DNA of 63,994 nt, filler included, from Globobulimina sp. (GCA_003354225.1; 9 parts of 9 records of this genome joined end to end with filler, not necessarily neighbours in it), one strand, 5' to 3'; shown: positions 24,550-37,925, counted from the whole stretch's first letter. The notes: a model not told the origin generated them from the letters alone. Program-made: numbers and translations.

Positions 24550-25034
24550 TTCTGAGAACTGGTTGGGTCTTTAAGGTGGTTTAAGAATTGTGAACTGAGG
24601 TTGTGAAAAAAAAACAGCGGATTGACATATTATGGTATCTCCAGACAGCGATTGGGGAGTGTTGCGAAATTACGTTATTTACGTAATTAAAATTGGATTG
24701 CAATTTGTTACAATATGAAAAATCTGCTTCAACTGCTTTTCAACTGCTTTTCAACGATGTTTACTCCTCATATGTCTTTCAAAATCAATTGCAAACAGAA
24801 ATATTTGCTGACACTCAATACATTGTTTACATTTTGCTGATGTTCTTCTTTTGATTAATATTCTAAAGCATTTTCTGTATCTTCTTCTTTTATTGTTGGC
24901 TGATTTGGTTATCGATATTCGTATTTTTATTATATTTTGTGGGGTTCTGTTGATACTTGTTCTCTAATTCGAGGATAATTATCATTCAAATTCGGTTCAT
25001 TTACAATTTTATGCATTTCTTGATAAAATGTATG

Positions 25035-25093
25035 ACAACAGCAATATATGTTTAACAACAGCAATATATGTTTAACAACAGCAATATATGTTT
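25035..25093. repeat. 20-bp tandem repeat, three copies
   Basis: (acaacagcaatatatgttta)x3 with no spacers. Confidence 0.9.
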
Positions 25094-25321
25094 CTTGTAA
25101 ATCTTAATTAATATTCTTTGTGCTAGAAACATGCAATTAAAATCATTCTCATATTCTTTTTTTATAAATTGATTATTATTATTATTGAAAAAAATCTCGT
25201 TGAATCCGTTCATAATTTAATACCATACATTCTGAATCTAAATGATCATTCACTGTCTGGATTTCTTTAATAGTATGATCAATACAATTTTTTTTTACGA
25301 ACTTTCTTGTACTTTCACATC

Positions 25322-27026
25322 ATGTCGCACTCATCAATTGTTATTCCCCCTATTTGGCAATGTGTCTGCTGTGAGATGTATAATTTTGCACAATCAACCA
25401 GTTGCCAAGCATGTTGTAGTCCACGTCTACAAAGCCAAAAGCACTCCACATCGAATCCAAACAAACCAAATAAGCACAAACATACTAAAACCAACACAAT
25501 GAACACACGACACTTGATAATCAATTTACTGATATCGATGATTGTAAATCGGAATTAGATCTAAAACAAGACGTCACATTGAGTTTACGTACCATACCAG
25601 AATTCGACTCATATCCATACAATAAACCAAATGATAACTTTTTAATAATGACAAGCGTGAAAGCTCCATTCTTCCACAATACAAACAACCGAACCCCCAT
25701 TGATTTAGTATGTGTAATTGATGAAAGTGGCTCTATGAAAGGGGACCGCATCAAATTAGTTAAAGACACAATAATTTTCGTTATAAAAAATTTGCAAAGT
25801 ACAGATCGGTTTGGATGTATTGCATATTCATCCAACTCGCGACAGGTATTGCCCTTAACCAAAATGGATGAACATGGCCAAAATATGGCATTCGATGCAT
25901 GCAAAACCATCCATGCTGGCGGCGAAACAAATTTGTGTCAAGGATTGATTGACGGTATTAATATGTTACAAAATCGCAGCACTTCCAATGATGAATCAAA
26001 TGATGTTTCGTCAATTTTTTTATTTACGGATGGCCAGGCAACCAAAGGACCGCTGACGTATCAAAATATCATTCAAGCTGTAAAAAATAACAGTTATCTA
26101 TATGTTATTTTTAATTCAAATCACTTTTACAAATTGTATACATCTGACACATTTTTGTAGACAAGAAAGTGAAATCAAATTCGTTTGGTACAGTCAATAC
26201 ATTTGGTTTTGGCGGAGATCATAATGCCAAATTATTGGAAGAAATTGCAAATTATGGACATGGGATGTATTCGTTTATAAAAAATGTAGATATTATTTCG
26301 TCGACCTTTGCCGAAGCATTAGGTGGTTTAATTAGTGTTATTGGACAACAATTAAAAGTACGTATTGAGGCATTGAACGGCGTCGAAATAAGCCATTGTT
26401 TATCTAAAGGTTTTCGAGTGACGCAAGTAAAACATGGCAAACTATTCGAGATATTTATAGCTGATATACAATCCGAAGAATCCAGGGATTTGATATTCCA
26501 ACTAAAAGTGAATAAAATTGGTGCAGTTTGCTGTAGTTATCCAATTGTTCAATTTAGCGTGGAATATATGAATGTAGTGACACAAAAGAATGATGCATTG
26601 AGTGCTATTTGTACCATTGATAGGATTGTCGGGAGTGAAATTGGTGAAAGAAACATTGAATTAGATCTGCATAATAATCGGTTGATTGCTGCGGCAGCAA
26701 TGAAAAATGCAAATAGAATGGCACATGATAATGATTTGGAAGGTGTAAGAACAGTAATTGCCAGTGTACAACATCAGATTTTACAATCCCCATCGAGTTG
26801 TAATTCATTTTGTGTCGATTTGGTGGAAGATTTACATCGATGTAGTGAAGGATTGGTGAATAGAACAAGTTACAGTCAATTTGGAAATCAATATATGAGA
26901 ATGAACTCAAGTTCTCTTACATTGCAAAGAGCCTCTTCTTCTGTTTCATCTCCGATACAAAGGCATTATTCAAGTACACCACGGATAACAATGATAAGTA
27001 AATCACAGAAATTTACAAATAAATAA
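25322..27026 (+). CDS. RanBP2-type zinc finger + von Willebrand factor A domain protein (frameshift near 25490)
   Basis: WQCVCCEMYNFAQSTSCQAC. vWA MIDAS motifs DLVCVIDESGSM, GETNL and FLFTDG; TFGFGGDHN. Intron 26093..26160 is in frame. Confidence 0.85.
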
Positions 27027-27164
27027 AACATATTTGGAGAATTGTAGTTTTTCCTTTTAAAATATAGATGATTTTGCACGTGTTTTTTTTTTTGATTGTT
27101 ATATATAATATAGATTGACAATCAATACACGCACAAACATGATATTATAAGCAACCCAGCATAA

Positions 27165-28328
27165 TTAATCAAAAAAAAAAGGTGTTTCTGGAGTCGTTAA
27201 GTATTTCTCATTCTTATAATTGAAAATTGGCCAATACTCATAGTTGAAATAGTTCTCATTGATCCATGCTTTAATGCTCAAAAATGCTTTCTCCGAACAA
27301 TTGAGATATTTCTTCAATTCATTCCATTTATTTTGCGTTTTCATTAATTCAGATTCTTTTTTTTGCGGAGTTTTAATTATTGCTCCAAACAAATCTCGAA
27401 TCAAATGCTTATTTTCTTTATCATTGATCTGAATGTTTAGGAATTTAGACACAATGTTTGCATATTGTTTGGGTCTCTCAATAATATCATCGTAGTCAAT
27501 CATAATCCAATATCGCTTGTCTATGCTTGATAAAACTTTGTGCATTTCAGATAATACAAATTTGAACATATTTATCCTGGCAATGCATGCTTTATTGTCA
27601 GCGCCGTCATTTCTAAATTTCCCTTCAAACACTCGACGACAAACTGATGCGAATATATCAATGATTTGTCGTCGAACATAAATAATTTTAACAATTAACG
27701 GTTTTTGTTTCTGTTTTTCAAACATATTAATCAATGATAACACATTCGGATTATGTGACACTATGTTGTTCCAACTGCCTCGTGGATCTATTTAATGTCG
27801 ATTTATATTTGCAAAACAACAACAAATTAAATGCAAATTAAACAGTTAAACTAAACATGGATAGGACAATGATGGTAAATACAGCAAGGTGTTGTTTTCC
27901 AGATTACTGAAATGCATTACATTGCGAATGAAAGACGAAGTTAAATTGATGTCTGATTGAGTTTTTTTAATCCAATGATCTGCGCAGTCAACGCCGAAAC
28001 CGCTGAGATTGGAAATTATTTTTGTTTTTAATTGATGGTGTTTTGAATATGAATATAATGACTTTCTTATTGGTTTCCATAAATGATGGCCAGTCCCTTC
28101 TAAACCCATTATATGCCATCCATATATTTTATAAGTTGTGTCCGGATAAACATGAATGATATTATTTAATGCATATGATTCGGGATTGTTGTGGACGTCA
28201 CCAGAAAATAGCAGTTGCTGCGTTTGTGGACTGTCCTCGACGATAAATTCCAATAAGAAAAGAAAGAGTATTATAATGAAAAATACTCCGCAAAGTAAAA
28301 TATTGATAGTTGGGCTATATTTAGGCAT
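27165..28328 (-). CDS. type II membrane sulfotransferase-like protein
   Basis: N-terminal TM segment, P-loop-like IMGLEGTGHHLW, IIYVRRQIID, IDYDDII. An intron at about 27788..27856 joins the two ORFs (SYP|YPRGSW). Confidence 0.65.
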
Positions 28329-28389
28329 TAACTCAAGAATGCTTAAAATACAAGAATATCTAACCTAGTACAAAAGTAACAAAACCTAC

Positions 28390-28584
28390 TAAGTCTTTGT
28401 CGTTTATGAGTCAGAGTCAGAGCCGAGCCGAGTGTAGTGATCGAGTGTCATGGGTTTGGTTAGCTGATAATAATAGTAAAGTCACTCGGCTCGACTCGAT
28501 CACTAAAACCATGTCAACTCGATCACTACACTCTGACTCTGCTCGGCTCGACTCCGACTTTCACTCATAAACGACAAAGACTTA
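28390..28584. mobile_element. MITE with terminal inverted repeats and a putative TA target-site duplication
   Basis: TAAGTCTTTGTCGTTTATGAGT (28390..28411) is the perfect reverse complement of 28563..28584. A subterminal IR GAGTGTAGTGATCGAGT / ACTCGATCACTACACTC is also present. No coding capacity. Confidence 0.85.
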
Positions 28585-28684
28585 NNNNNNNNNNNNNNNN
28601 NNNNNNNNNNNNNNNNNNNNNNNNNNNNTTAATTAATTAANNNNNNNNNNNNNNNNNNNNNNNNNNNNNNNNNNNNNNNNNNNN
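28585..28684. other. artificial contig spacer
   Basis: 44 N + TTAATTAATTAA + 44 N. Confidence 0.99.
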
Positions 28685-31600
28685 CGGCAGCGGTGTTTGG
28701 ACATTTTGTGGAATGTGGTTCAGGACGAAAGTAAATGTCAGCAGTTGATTGTGACGCAGGCAAAGGGATTGATTAAAGAGTGCTTGTCGTCGATATTCAG
28801 CCAAGAATTGCGACTGCCCACTATGCAGAAATGCATTGCCAATTTGAAACAGCACAAATCGGTGTGTTCCTCGTTGCAATTATTGGTGAAAATCATTGAG
28901 CTGTATCCGACCTCCACGCATATGAGCAATGAGCCAGTGAGGTGGACCATTATTGGCCACTTGCACGATGAAGAAAAATTATTGGATAACTTCTTTAATA
29001 ATATAACGCATTTCAAACAGCAGAAAATCAACAATATCGATGAGATCAAGGAGAGATTGCAGTTTTTGCAGTATGTGTTGAGTAACAATCATACCATCAA
29101 ATTGACGGAAGAGTTCGCCAATACGTTGTGGGAATCGTTTGTAGTGAACGCAGCCACCTCCAAAGAGCGCGAATTGACGTTCAATTCGTTCAAAAAGATG
29201 GTGCATTCTGGGCGCCCGTTGAAATATATTTATTTACAGCCCGATGTGCCGGAGATATTGTTTACGAATCATATGATGAAAGACATCCCCATCGAAGATA
29301 TGATGCAATGCGCCTACGACTGCTTTGAGCGCTACTTTGTGTTTGTGAATTGTCAGAAGAACTTCTTGCAAATGTTGGAGAACAATAAGCAATTTATGGT
29401 GAATAACTATGACCAGTTGGTGGGATTGGACATGTTATGGGAAATCGCCTTGAAATCCAAGAACGACATCGTACACAAAAAATCGACGGATATGATCAAT
29501 AAAATCTGCAATCGCGTGTCCGCCGAATTGAAATCTGAAATTGGCCGCATTCGCGCCACCGTTTTGGATAAAATCATGAACGAATTATTGGATTCATTGA
29601 ACAACCAAAACAACAATAAATCCGATCGGGTGCTCAATTTATTACATCACTTCTTAAATGCGTCAGAATCGCGCGGTATGGGCGGGTTGCGACCGCACGA
29701 CGCCTTAAGCCGCGGCAAGAAATGGCATTTGACCGTGATTGACAAGATCCATTTTAATGGCTATGGCAAACCGCCTCAATTTAAGATCACCATCCATGAA
29801 AATGACAGTTTATGGGATTTGCGCCGCGCAGTGGGTAAGAAAGCGGATACCTACCCCGAATTAGTACGGATATACTTCAAATCGCAGTCATTGAATGAGG
29901 ATAAGAACAGTTTATCTTTGCAGCAATTAAATATGCGCGATAACTGCACCGTGCATTGCATGAAAAAGGACCAGAAATCGGAACGGGTGCCATTGTTAAC
30001 CGGGACGCCGGCGAGGTTGGTGCAGCCGGCCAAGAAGGCATTGACCGAAGTATTCCAAGGCTTCGCCTCCAATGATGATAACAGTATGTCTTTCGACGAC
30101 ATGAAGCGCTATATTTTGAAATGTGGCGCCGGCGAGAATAGTGCGTCCAAGACGCGCATCCAAAGCATATTCACGCAACACGGCACACAGCGCAGTGCGT
30201 ATCAGGACCGCTTGTCTTTGCAGGGCTTTTTTAATTTTTATCGCAGTGCGTGTATGGACCGACCTGATCATGTCTGGAATGACTTGAATGTGTTCAAATA
30301 TAGATACGATTTACACAAAGAAGACGAGGCTAGAAAAGAGGAGGAAGCGCTGTTAAATGCGAAACCAGAGACGTTGCCGCGACACATATTGACTACAAAT
30401 AACAAGTATTTTGATATTTTATTCCAGAATTGCTTGCAATGCAACAACCAGAAAATCAAGCAAATGGCATGGAAGTTGATCTTGCGATTACCCACAAACC
30501 CCGGCAGGAAGAAGGAAATTATGCAGCTCCATCAAGGCGTCAATTGGGAGCAATTATTGCCGACTTCGTCCGACTTATTTAGCTTAGTATACGGTGTATT
30601 GATCTGTGAGTCGTTGACGATTGAGCCAGAATCTGCGATCAGTGACAGCGAATTGGAAGAACGGTGTAATTGGAGAGCGGCATTTTTGGAGGAAAAGGGC
30701 TTCGAGCATTTGATTAAAATCTTATTTTCATTCAAGTACAGCGGCAGTAATACCAGCATCAGCGACATAAATGAGAGCAAAACCGGCGATAATAGCGATA
30801 CAGAAAAGGTAACGCAACAATTGGCACTGACCGCGGTGTTGAAGATGATTCAGTCCTTTTTCGTGGGCGCCATCTCGTGCAATCAGTCCATGGTCGACGT
30901 GGTGGACCAGATTCGCTCGCTATCCATGGCGGTGAGTGAGGAGAAGAAAGAAGACGAAGTGGATGAGGCCAAAGCCAGTGGCAAAGCGCCCGAGAAGCAG
31001 AAAGAGAAAAGACACAAAAACTATGGACATGGTGCGGCCGGTGGCAGCGCCGAATTATATGACATAGATTACGGGTATTTAGTGTCCGATGACGATGACG
31101 AGGACGACGAGGATGAGAAGGACGCCACGGAGGATTTCACCGCGTTGTTGGTGCAGCAGTTCGCCGACGCCGTGATGAAAGAGAGCGGTATGCCCGAGTC
31201 CATGTACAATGACATCAAGAACGAATGGGCACAGTTAGAGGGGCTAACGAGTGGCATTGGTGGCGGCGAAGGCGGGGAGAAATTCATTGGGCCGCGATTG
31301 CCGCATGAAATGGGCCCAGGGGCCGGCGGTCAGGGCACTGGCTCAAGTGTAGGAGTATCGGATGAGAAGGATGGCAAAGAAGAGAAGGGGCCGCCGCGGA
31401 ACCAGGACGATGTCAAGAATTATGGCGCTGGCGATGACGATATCGATGTGGATATGATCAGTGCGGAGTTGCCGGAGAATGAGGAGGAGGAGGAAGACGA
31501 TGATAAACCGCCGCCCGTTACGCATAGACAGACCAGTATCAAATTCCATCAGTTGATACGCAATGTGACGGAGAAATATGCAGATTCGCTGCTGAATTCG

Positions 31601-34600
31601 CTGGATTTTAGCAAGTTAATGAAGCAGTTGTTGAATATATTGCGGGTGGCATCGTCGGATCAATCGCCTACGGTTCAGCGCGATTTGGTGGTACGGTATG
31701 CAGTGCGGTTATGGGTCTCTGTGTTGCTGTACAGACCGCGGCTGTTATTGGATTTATTTGAGTTTCTACGCAAAGACCCGTCGTTCATATTGGCTGCCAT
31801 TCAGTCGACAGACCCGGAATTGGGCTCTGAATTTGCGAAATCGATCCGGAAATTGTGTCGATTTGTGGATGAGTCTCCGAATTATAAATCCGATGCGGAG
31901 TTAATGGCGAAATTGCCGGGCATTAACATTGTGAAGTTCTTTTTGCAGGAGATATTATTAAATAATCTGCCCTCTGCCGACCAGGATGACATCGACCCGG
32001 AGCAACATTTTTATTTATTAATCTCGTTAATGCAGGAATACAGCGACAAATACAATGGCTCTGTGTCGGAATTCAGCGATTTATTCAAATATCTAACCAC
32101 CGAATTACACTCTTACCACAGCCGCGAGATGGAATATTCCAACGGCGAATCGGATAAGGTATTGGTGGGATTAATGACTTTATTGTCGGTGTTGTTAGCG
32201 GGACATGTCCCATATCGCCAAGAATGTGGCAAATTAGGCATCATTGAGGAACTATTAAATAAATTCCTATTTGCCACTGGCAAAACCGATGCGGATAAGA
32301 AAGAAAATTTACCCAAATGCAAAACCAAAACCAGTCGCGAATTAGCGTACCGATTGGTGGTCCAATGCATCATTGGCGTGCCACAAAATTATGCCATTGT
32401 CAATAAAATATTATCCTCGTTACATAAGACGGTGCGCACACCTCCGGCCTGGGAATATTGCCCCGAAAAGTCTGTGAAATCGGATCGCGGCTTTGTGGGC
32501 TTAAAAAATTTGGGTTCCACCTGTTATATGAACTCGTTATTGCAGCAATTTTATATGATTCCGCATTTCCGCCACGCTCTGATCACTTCCGGCGTGGAAT
32601 TAGCCGATAAGATCTCGGACGATGAGGCCAAAGAATCGCTGTTATTCCAATTAATGCGCATGTTTTCCTTCCTGTCCTTGTCAGAGAAACAGGCCTTTGA
32701 CACCATCAATTTTTGCCGCGCCTATAAAGACGAGACTGGCCGCCCCGTCGACGTCCGGATCCAGCAGGACGCGCAGGAATTTTTTACCATTTTGGCCGAC
32801 CGCGTAGAGACCGAGTTAGCCGATACAAAGTATAGATATTTGTTGCAGGACATCTTTGGCGGACAAGTGGTGCACCAAATGATCTGTCAAGGCGGCTGTA
32901 ATAAGACTCGTGAGCGAAAACAGCCGATGCCGATGATATCGCTACCCATCAAGAACCGGACCAATATGAAAGAGTCGCTGTTAGCCTTCGTGCAATCGGA
33001 GTCTTTGGACGGTGTCTCATGCGATCACTGTGCCAAAAAGTGCCAAACCCTGAAACGCCAGGTACTGCATACATTGCCCAACACGATTTTCTTCCATTTG
33101 AAGAGATTTGAGTTAAATTTCGAGACTTTCCGGCACGAGAAATCCAACCAACGCTTCGAATTCCCCACGGAAATCTGCTTAGAGCCCTATACGAGAGAGG
33201 GATTGAAGCGCATTGAAAAGGAGAAGAAGAAGGGCGATGATGAGAAAAAGGAGGAGCAGAAAGGTGACGAAAAGGGCGATGATGCGGATATTTATACGGT
33301 GCATCCCAAGGAATATTATGCGTATCAATTGGTGGGCATTGTAGTGCATACTGGCTCTGCCGAGGCGGGCCATTATTACTCGTATATTAAGGACCGAGTG
33401 ACCGACGAATGGAACGAGTTCAACGATTCGTTGATCAAATCCTTTGATTTGAAGTTTTTAGATAAGGACTGTTATGGTGGCAAGAAAAAGGTGAAATCGT
33501 CGGCGAATTGGGGTGGTGATTGGGAGCACGATCAGGATAAAATCAAAAATGCCTATATTTTGGTGTATGATCGAAAGAAATACTTCGAGCCTTTGCATGA
33601 TGAGGATAAGAAGGAAGAGGAGGAAGAGACGCCGGCGCCGAAGAAGGAGCAAAGTGACAGCAAACAGGAACAGGATAACAAAGAACAACAACCGGAGCCA
33701 GAGCCGGAGCCCGAAGCAGTTGAAAAGACAGAGGAAGAGAAGGAAAAGAAGCCGTGGCCGCCAGCTATTAACGTATTGTCCTTATATGATGCCAATGTGC
33801 AGGAATATGTGGAGAAAATACCCAAAGTATGGGACGATATCTTGGATACAAACATGAAGTTTATGCGCGATCGACAGCTGTTTAATTTGCAGTATTTCCA
33901 GTTTATATATAACTTAATTTGTGTGGCTCCCACGCCGCAACGTATGCAAATCGAAGAGGATGACAACAAAGCGGAGGATAGCAATCCCGGCTTGGCGGTG
34001 ATCCAAATGGCTACGTTTGTGTGCTTTCGATTTTTAGCGCGGACCGCGGAGAAACGGGAGATATTTAACCGCTTTGTGACGTATTTAAAGTTTTTATATT
34101 CGTCCAATATCGTAGCGTGTAAATGGTTGTTGCGGTATTTGTCGACGCAGCGACAATATGTGGAGCAATATATATTGACCACGCGCGATCAGTTAGTAAT
34201 GCATGGTTTTAGTGACCTCATCATTCACGTTTTGACCCAGTTAAAGGACATCGAAGCGACGCAATTGTTGGACACTGAGACGATTATCGTCAAGAAAAAG
34301 TTGGACAAAAATAGTGATACTATGATCGAGCAACAAGTGGTCGTATCGTCGTGCTCCTGCAGCAAATTCATGGATTTGATGATCTCGTTAATCGACGTTG
34401 CGCCCAAACATTGGTTCCGCTTTAATTATTATTTCAAAGTCTTTTTCGAATATGCCAACATGGGCTATGCCCAACGAAACTATTTGATCGATAAGCAGAT
34501 GATCAACATTTTGGGTGACTTTTATTTGGGCGGCAATCGCTCGCCGTATGCCGACGGCAAAAAGCAATATCATATCATGGGTAATCGGATGTATCCGCCC

Positions 34601-35717
34601 AAATTCGATACGGTGGTCCAGATCATTTGCACCTTGTTATGTGCGTGTCACACGCCGCAAACTAAGAAGTATTTGAATTTTTATCAGAACAAAGCAAACC
34701 AAGACGAGTTTATAACGGATAAAGTGAAGAAAGGATGGTTGCAATTGTCGCCCACGGCGTTGTCGTATAAGGATCCGTTGAATAATCCAAACGACGCAGA
34801 TCGAGAGTGTTTGCATGCATTATCCGATACGGATGCAAAGTTGCCGCATTCTCGCCATTTGTATGACAAAATGATCGCCGAAGCGCATCACAGCACGGTG
34901 ATATTGGAGGCGTTGAACAAATTGGTGGTGCATTGGTCGTATGAGGATAAGACGTACAGCGAAGAGGTGATCCGAATGATCACGGAAGGAGTGGATAAGA
35001 GCGGTGCCGATCAAGTGCGGACATTCTTGTCCATAATGCACAAGTTTGTGATGATTGAGGATGGCCAACAGGAATTTCGATTGAATCAATTACATTCGCC
35101 CGCAGCGGACGGCAGCAATAAGGGCGTGTTGCATTTTATAAAATGTTATCGATTACAGCATCAACCATTTAGCTATGAGTCCATCAAAGCATTGACGTTA
35201 ATGATGATTGAGTCTGATAAGTATGCGGAATATATGATAGCTAAAAGGAAAGAGTGGGTGTTTTGGGATACGTGGTTGGATAATTTCTGTCATAGACCCA
35301 CCTATGTACATAATCAAAATAACCAACGATTGACCGCCGCAAAGATCGCATTTTATAAAGAAAAGTATATCCCATTGTTGAAGAAACATGGCATTGAATG
35401 TCAGAGAGCGCAGCATTTACAACATTCGCAGCATCATAATCCAAATTATGGCCACGGCCATGGTCATGGTGGACATGGCGGCCATGGGCACGGCGGTAAT
35501 TATAATGTGTATGACAATTATTATGGTACACAGCAAGGCGGTCATCATGGCCATCATGGTCCGGGTGCCGGCAATCAAAATATGTATGGCGATGCGTATG
35601 ATGCGACTGGCGCACAACGGCAAAACTCAAGAGATAACGACTCGGATTTGTACGGGCATCATAATGAGATTAATATTAATGAAGGCGGCCGGAATGAGAA
35701 TGATGGTGACAATGATG
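28685..35717 (+). CDS. large ubiquitin-specific protease, USP9X/USP24/USP34 family; partial at both ends
   Basis: Cys box GLKNLGSTCYMNSLLQQ, QQDAQEFF, FHLKRFE, His box HTGSAEAGHYYSYIK, WNEFND, NAYILVY. Upstream Ubl-like segment. The frame is open across the whole contig. Confidence 0.95.
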
Positions 35718-35817
35718 NNNNNNNNNNNNNNNNNNNNNNNNNNNNNNNNNNNNNNNNNNNNTTAATTAATTAANNNNNNNNNNNNNNNNNNNNNNNNNNN
35801 NNNNNNNNNNNNNNNNN
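35718..35817. other. artificial contig spacer
   Basis: 44 N + TTAATTAATTAA + 44 N. Confidence 0.99.
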
Positions 35818-36654
35818 ATGTGCAGCCACAGTGTCGTTACTTTGGTCGTCGTTTGCTTTCACCAACGTAAATGTGCTAAAATCACCACAATCGGTGGCAG
35901 TATAAACAGCCAATTGAGTATCGATACAAACACCGCCATAACACACCATTTCTAATTCTAACTCGGATGCTGTGACTTTGTACCATAACGAATTTTGCAC
36001 ATTTTGATCCTCACACCATCCACTTTGACCGGTACAATTGCTTTGATTGGTGCCGTACTGAGTCAATACATCAATGACAACATCTCCCACTGCAATTTGC
36101 GTGGCATCACAAGCATTGTCATTTGTCATTAATGACTTCTTCCATTCCCGCCACATCCATTTGGAAGGGACCTGTTTGACCGCCTGAATGTAATATTCTT
36201 GCGTTGCACACTCAGTAAAAGGAAAAATATGTGCAGCGCCACGACAGCCCCACGCATCATCATTTGCTTTGATCAATGTAAATGTGCTAAAATCTGCGCA
36301 ATCTGTGACAGTATACACAGCTAATTGTGTCTGAACACAAACACCTGAATATTCCACCATTTCTAATTCCAATTCAAATGCGGTTACTTTGTACCAGATG
36401 GAATGTTGAACATCAGTGTCGCTAAAGTATCCATCTTGGCCGTATCCATCTTGGCCGTATCCATAATCTGCATCAATACCGGGAGATATTTCGCCGGTCT
36501 CTTTGGTAGCTTCGTTGGTCATATCAGCTACGACAGATTCACCGATAGAAATAAGTGTGGCACCACAGGCATTATCATTTGGTGGCGGCTCTGCCTCTGT
36601 GACTACGGTGCACATTAAAAATAAAATGCAAAATGGGATGAACATTGGTTCCAT
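35818..36654 (-). CDS. secreted repeat protein with NDxAC / SxWY / TQLAVY / ANDD modules, 3'-truncated
   Basis: Signal peptide and two ~125-aa repeats (PPNDNACGAT..SIWYKVT..TQLAVY..KANDD). Confidence 0.75.
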
Positions 36655-36896
36655 GGTTGTAACTTGTAAGTATTTGTGGTTTATTTCAATGGTTTAGGTT
36701 CGCAGAGCAGTCGAGTAGGTTTGCGGAGTAATCGAGTAAGAATGGTTAAGGTGGAGAATTAAAAAAACTGTTAAAAAAACTGTCAACAACACTCAAGAAA
36801 TACAGAAAAAGAATGGGCGTACCAAGTTTCTTTCGTTGGTAATTAATTATTAATGAACACAAACTTTGTCACAAAGCGCAAAAGCATGGTAATATA

Positions 36897-37484
36897 TCAT
36901 AGGTTGATAACAGGATCCATAGCATCAATACTATTGCCTCCAAAATATAAAAATCCGAAAGCCATAAATATCCAAAACGGTGCATACGATAATTTTATGG
37001 TGCCATCGAACAGTGCATCTTTGCCATGATATTGCCAGGCTCGATTGTAACCAAATAAAAATATCAAAATATATCCTTCGATAATTTCTAAGAGCCATAT
37101 AAATATTGGGGCTGTTATGGACCGCGTTCAATAATCATCGGAGGGCATTGACATCGATGTGAAATCATTAAATATTGGCAGCAATATTGGAATAAAAATG
37201 ATATTTGAAATAAATTGTTCGGGAGTCGATAAAATCAAAGATTTGCCTCTGGACTTTGTCAGATTGCAAAAACACGTTTCTATGATGTAAAATGTACAGG
37301 AAAAGTAAATTGCGATAATCATGTTGTTGTACGGTGTTACACTTAGCCATACACTAAAAATTCCGATGACAAAGAGCCATTTCTGGAATGATAATGGTTT
37401 TATTTCTGATATAAATGATGATTCTTTTGCTCGTTTGTTTCGATCAATATTTAATACCTTGTTTTTGTACTGAATTATTTGCAT
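36897..37484 (-). pseudogene. multi-pass membrane protein (TMEM229-like) with an in-frame TGA at 37128..37130
   Basis: ORF 37128..37484 continues in the same frame after the TGA as TRSITAPIFIWLLEIIEGYILIFLFGYNRAWQY..GTIKLSYAPFW.. to a stop at 36897. Confidence 0.65.
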
Positions 37485-37925
37485 TGTATACTTTCAAAAT
37501 GCTAATCACGTGATGTAAATTATGATTATATGATGTAAATATACGCATCGTATTAGAATCACAAATTTATAATATGAGCTAGATAGAGAATGATACATAA
37601 AATGAGTGATAAGTTTGTTGATTTATATTTAAACCATAAATCAGATATCGATATTCCATAAATGGGGTTGATGCTAAATTTACGGTTTGATCAAACCCAT
37701 ATCATTGTATTGTAAATTGCATCGGTTCGCATACTGACAATAGGATTGACTTACATACAACAAAAAGCATAAATAATATTGCGTTTTTGTTTTGCGTTTT
37801 TAGTTGATTTGCCAGGATATCACAAGACTTATTGTATTTCGGTCCTTATTTTGTTGAGATTTGTTGTCGACAGCAGTAGTTTGTAAGAGTAGATCCATGC
37901 AAAGTCCAAACAAACAAGCTTAAGT

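Noticed and set aside
25035-25093. Possible CRISPR array (also considered for 14358..14420)
   Set aside because: Head-to-tail repeats without unique spacers, no cas genes, and a eukaryotic context.
18105-25500. Euplotes-style programmed frameshifting at AAA-stop sites
   Set aside because: The shift sites do not share an in-frame AAA-TAR motif.
1586-35717. Many short antisense and alternate-frame ORFs inside the BEACH, SulP and USP genes
   Set aside because: Shadow ORFs of long, GC-richer coding regions with no recognisable motifs.
1559-37130. Genome-wide stop-codon reassignment or selenocysteine
   Set aside because: Only one TAG and one TGA case were found. Very long ORFs (USP, BEACH) have no other internal stops, TGG is used freely for Trp, TAA/TGA/TAG end genes normally, and the TGA is not in a redox motif.
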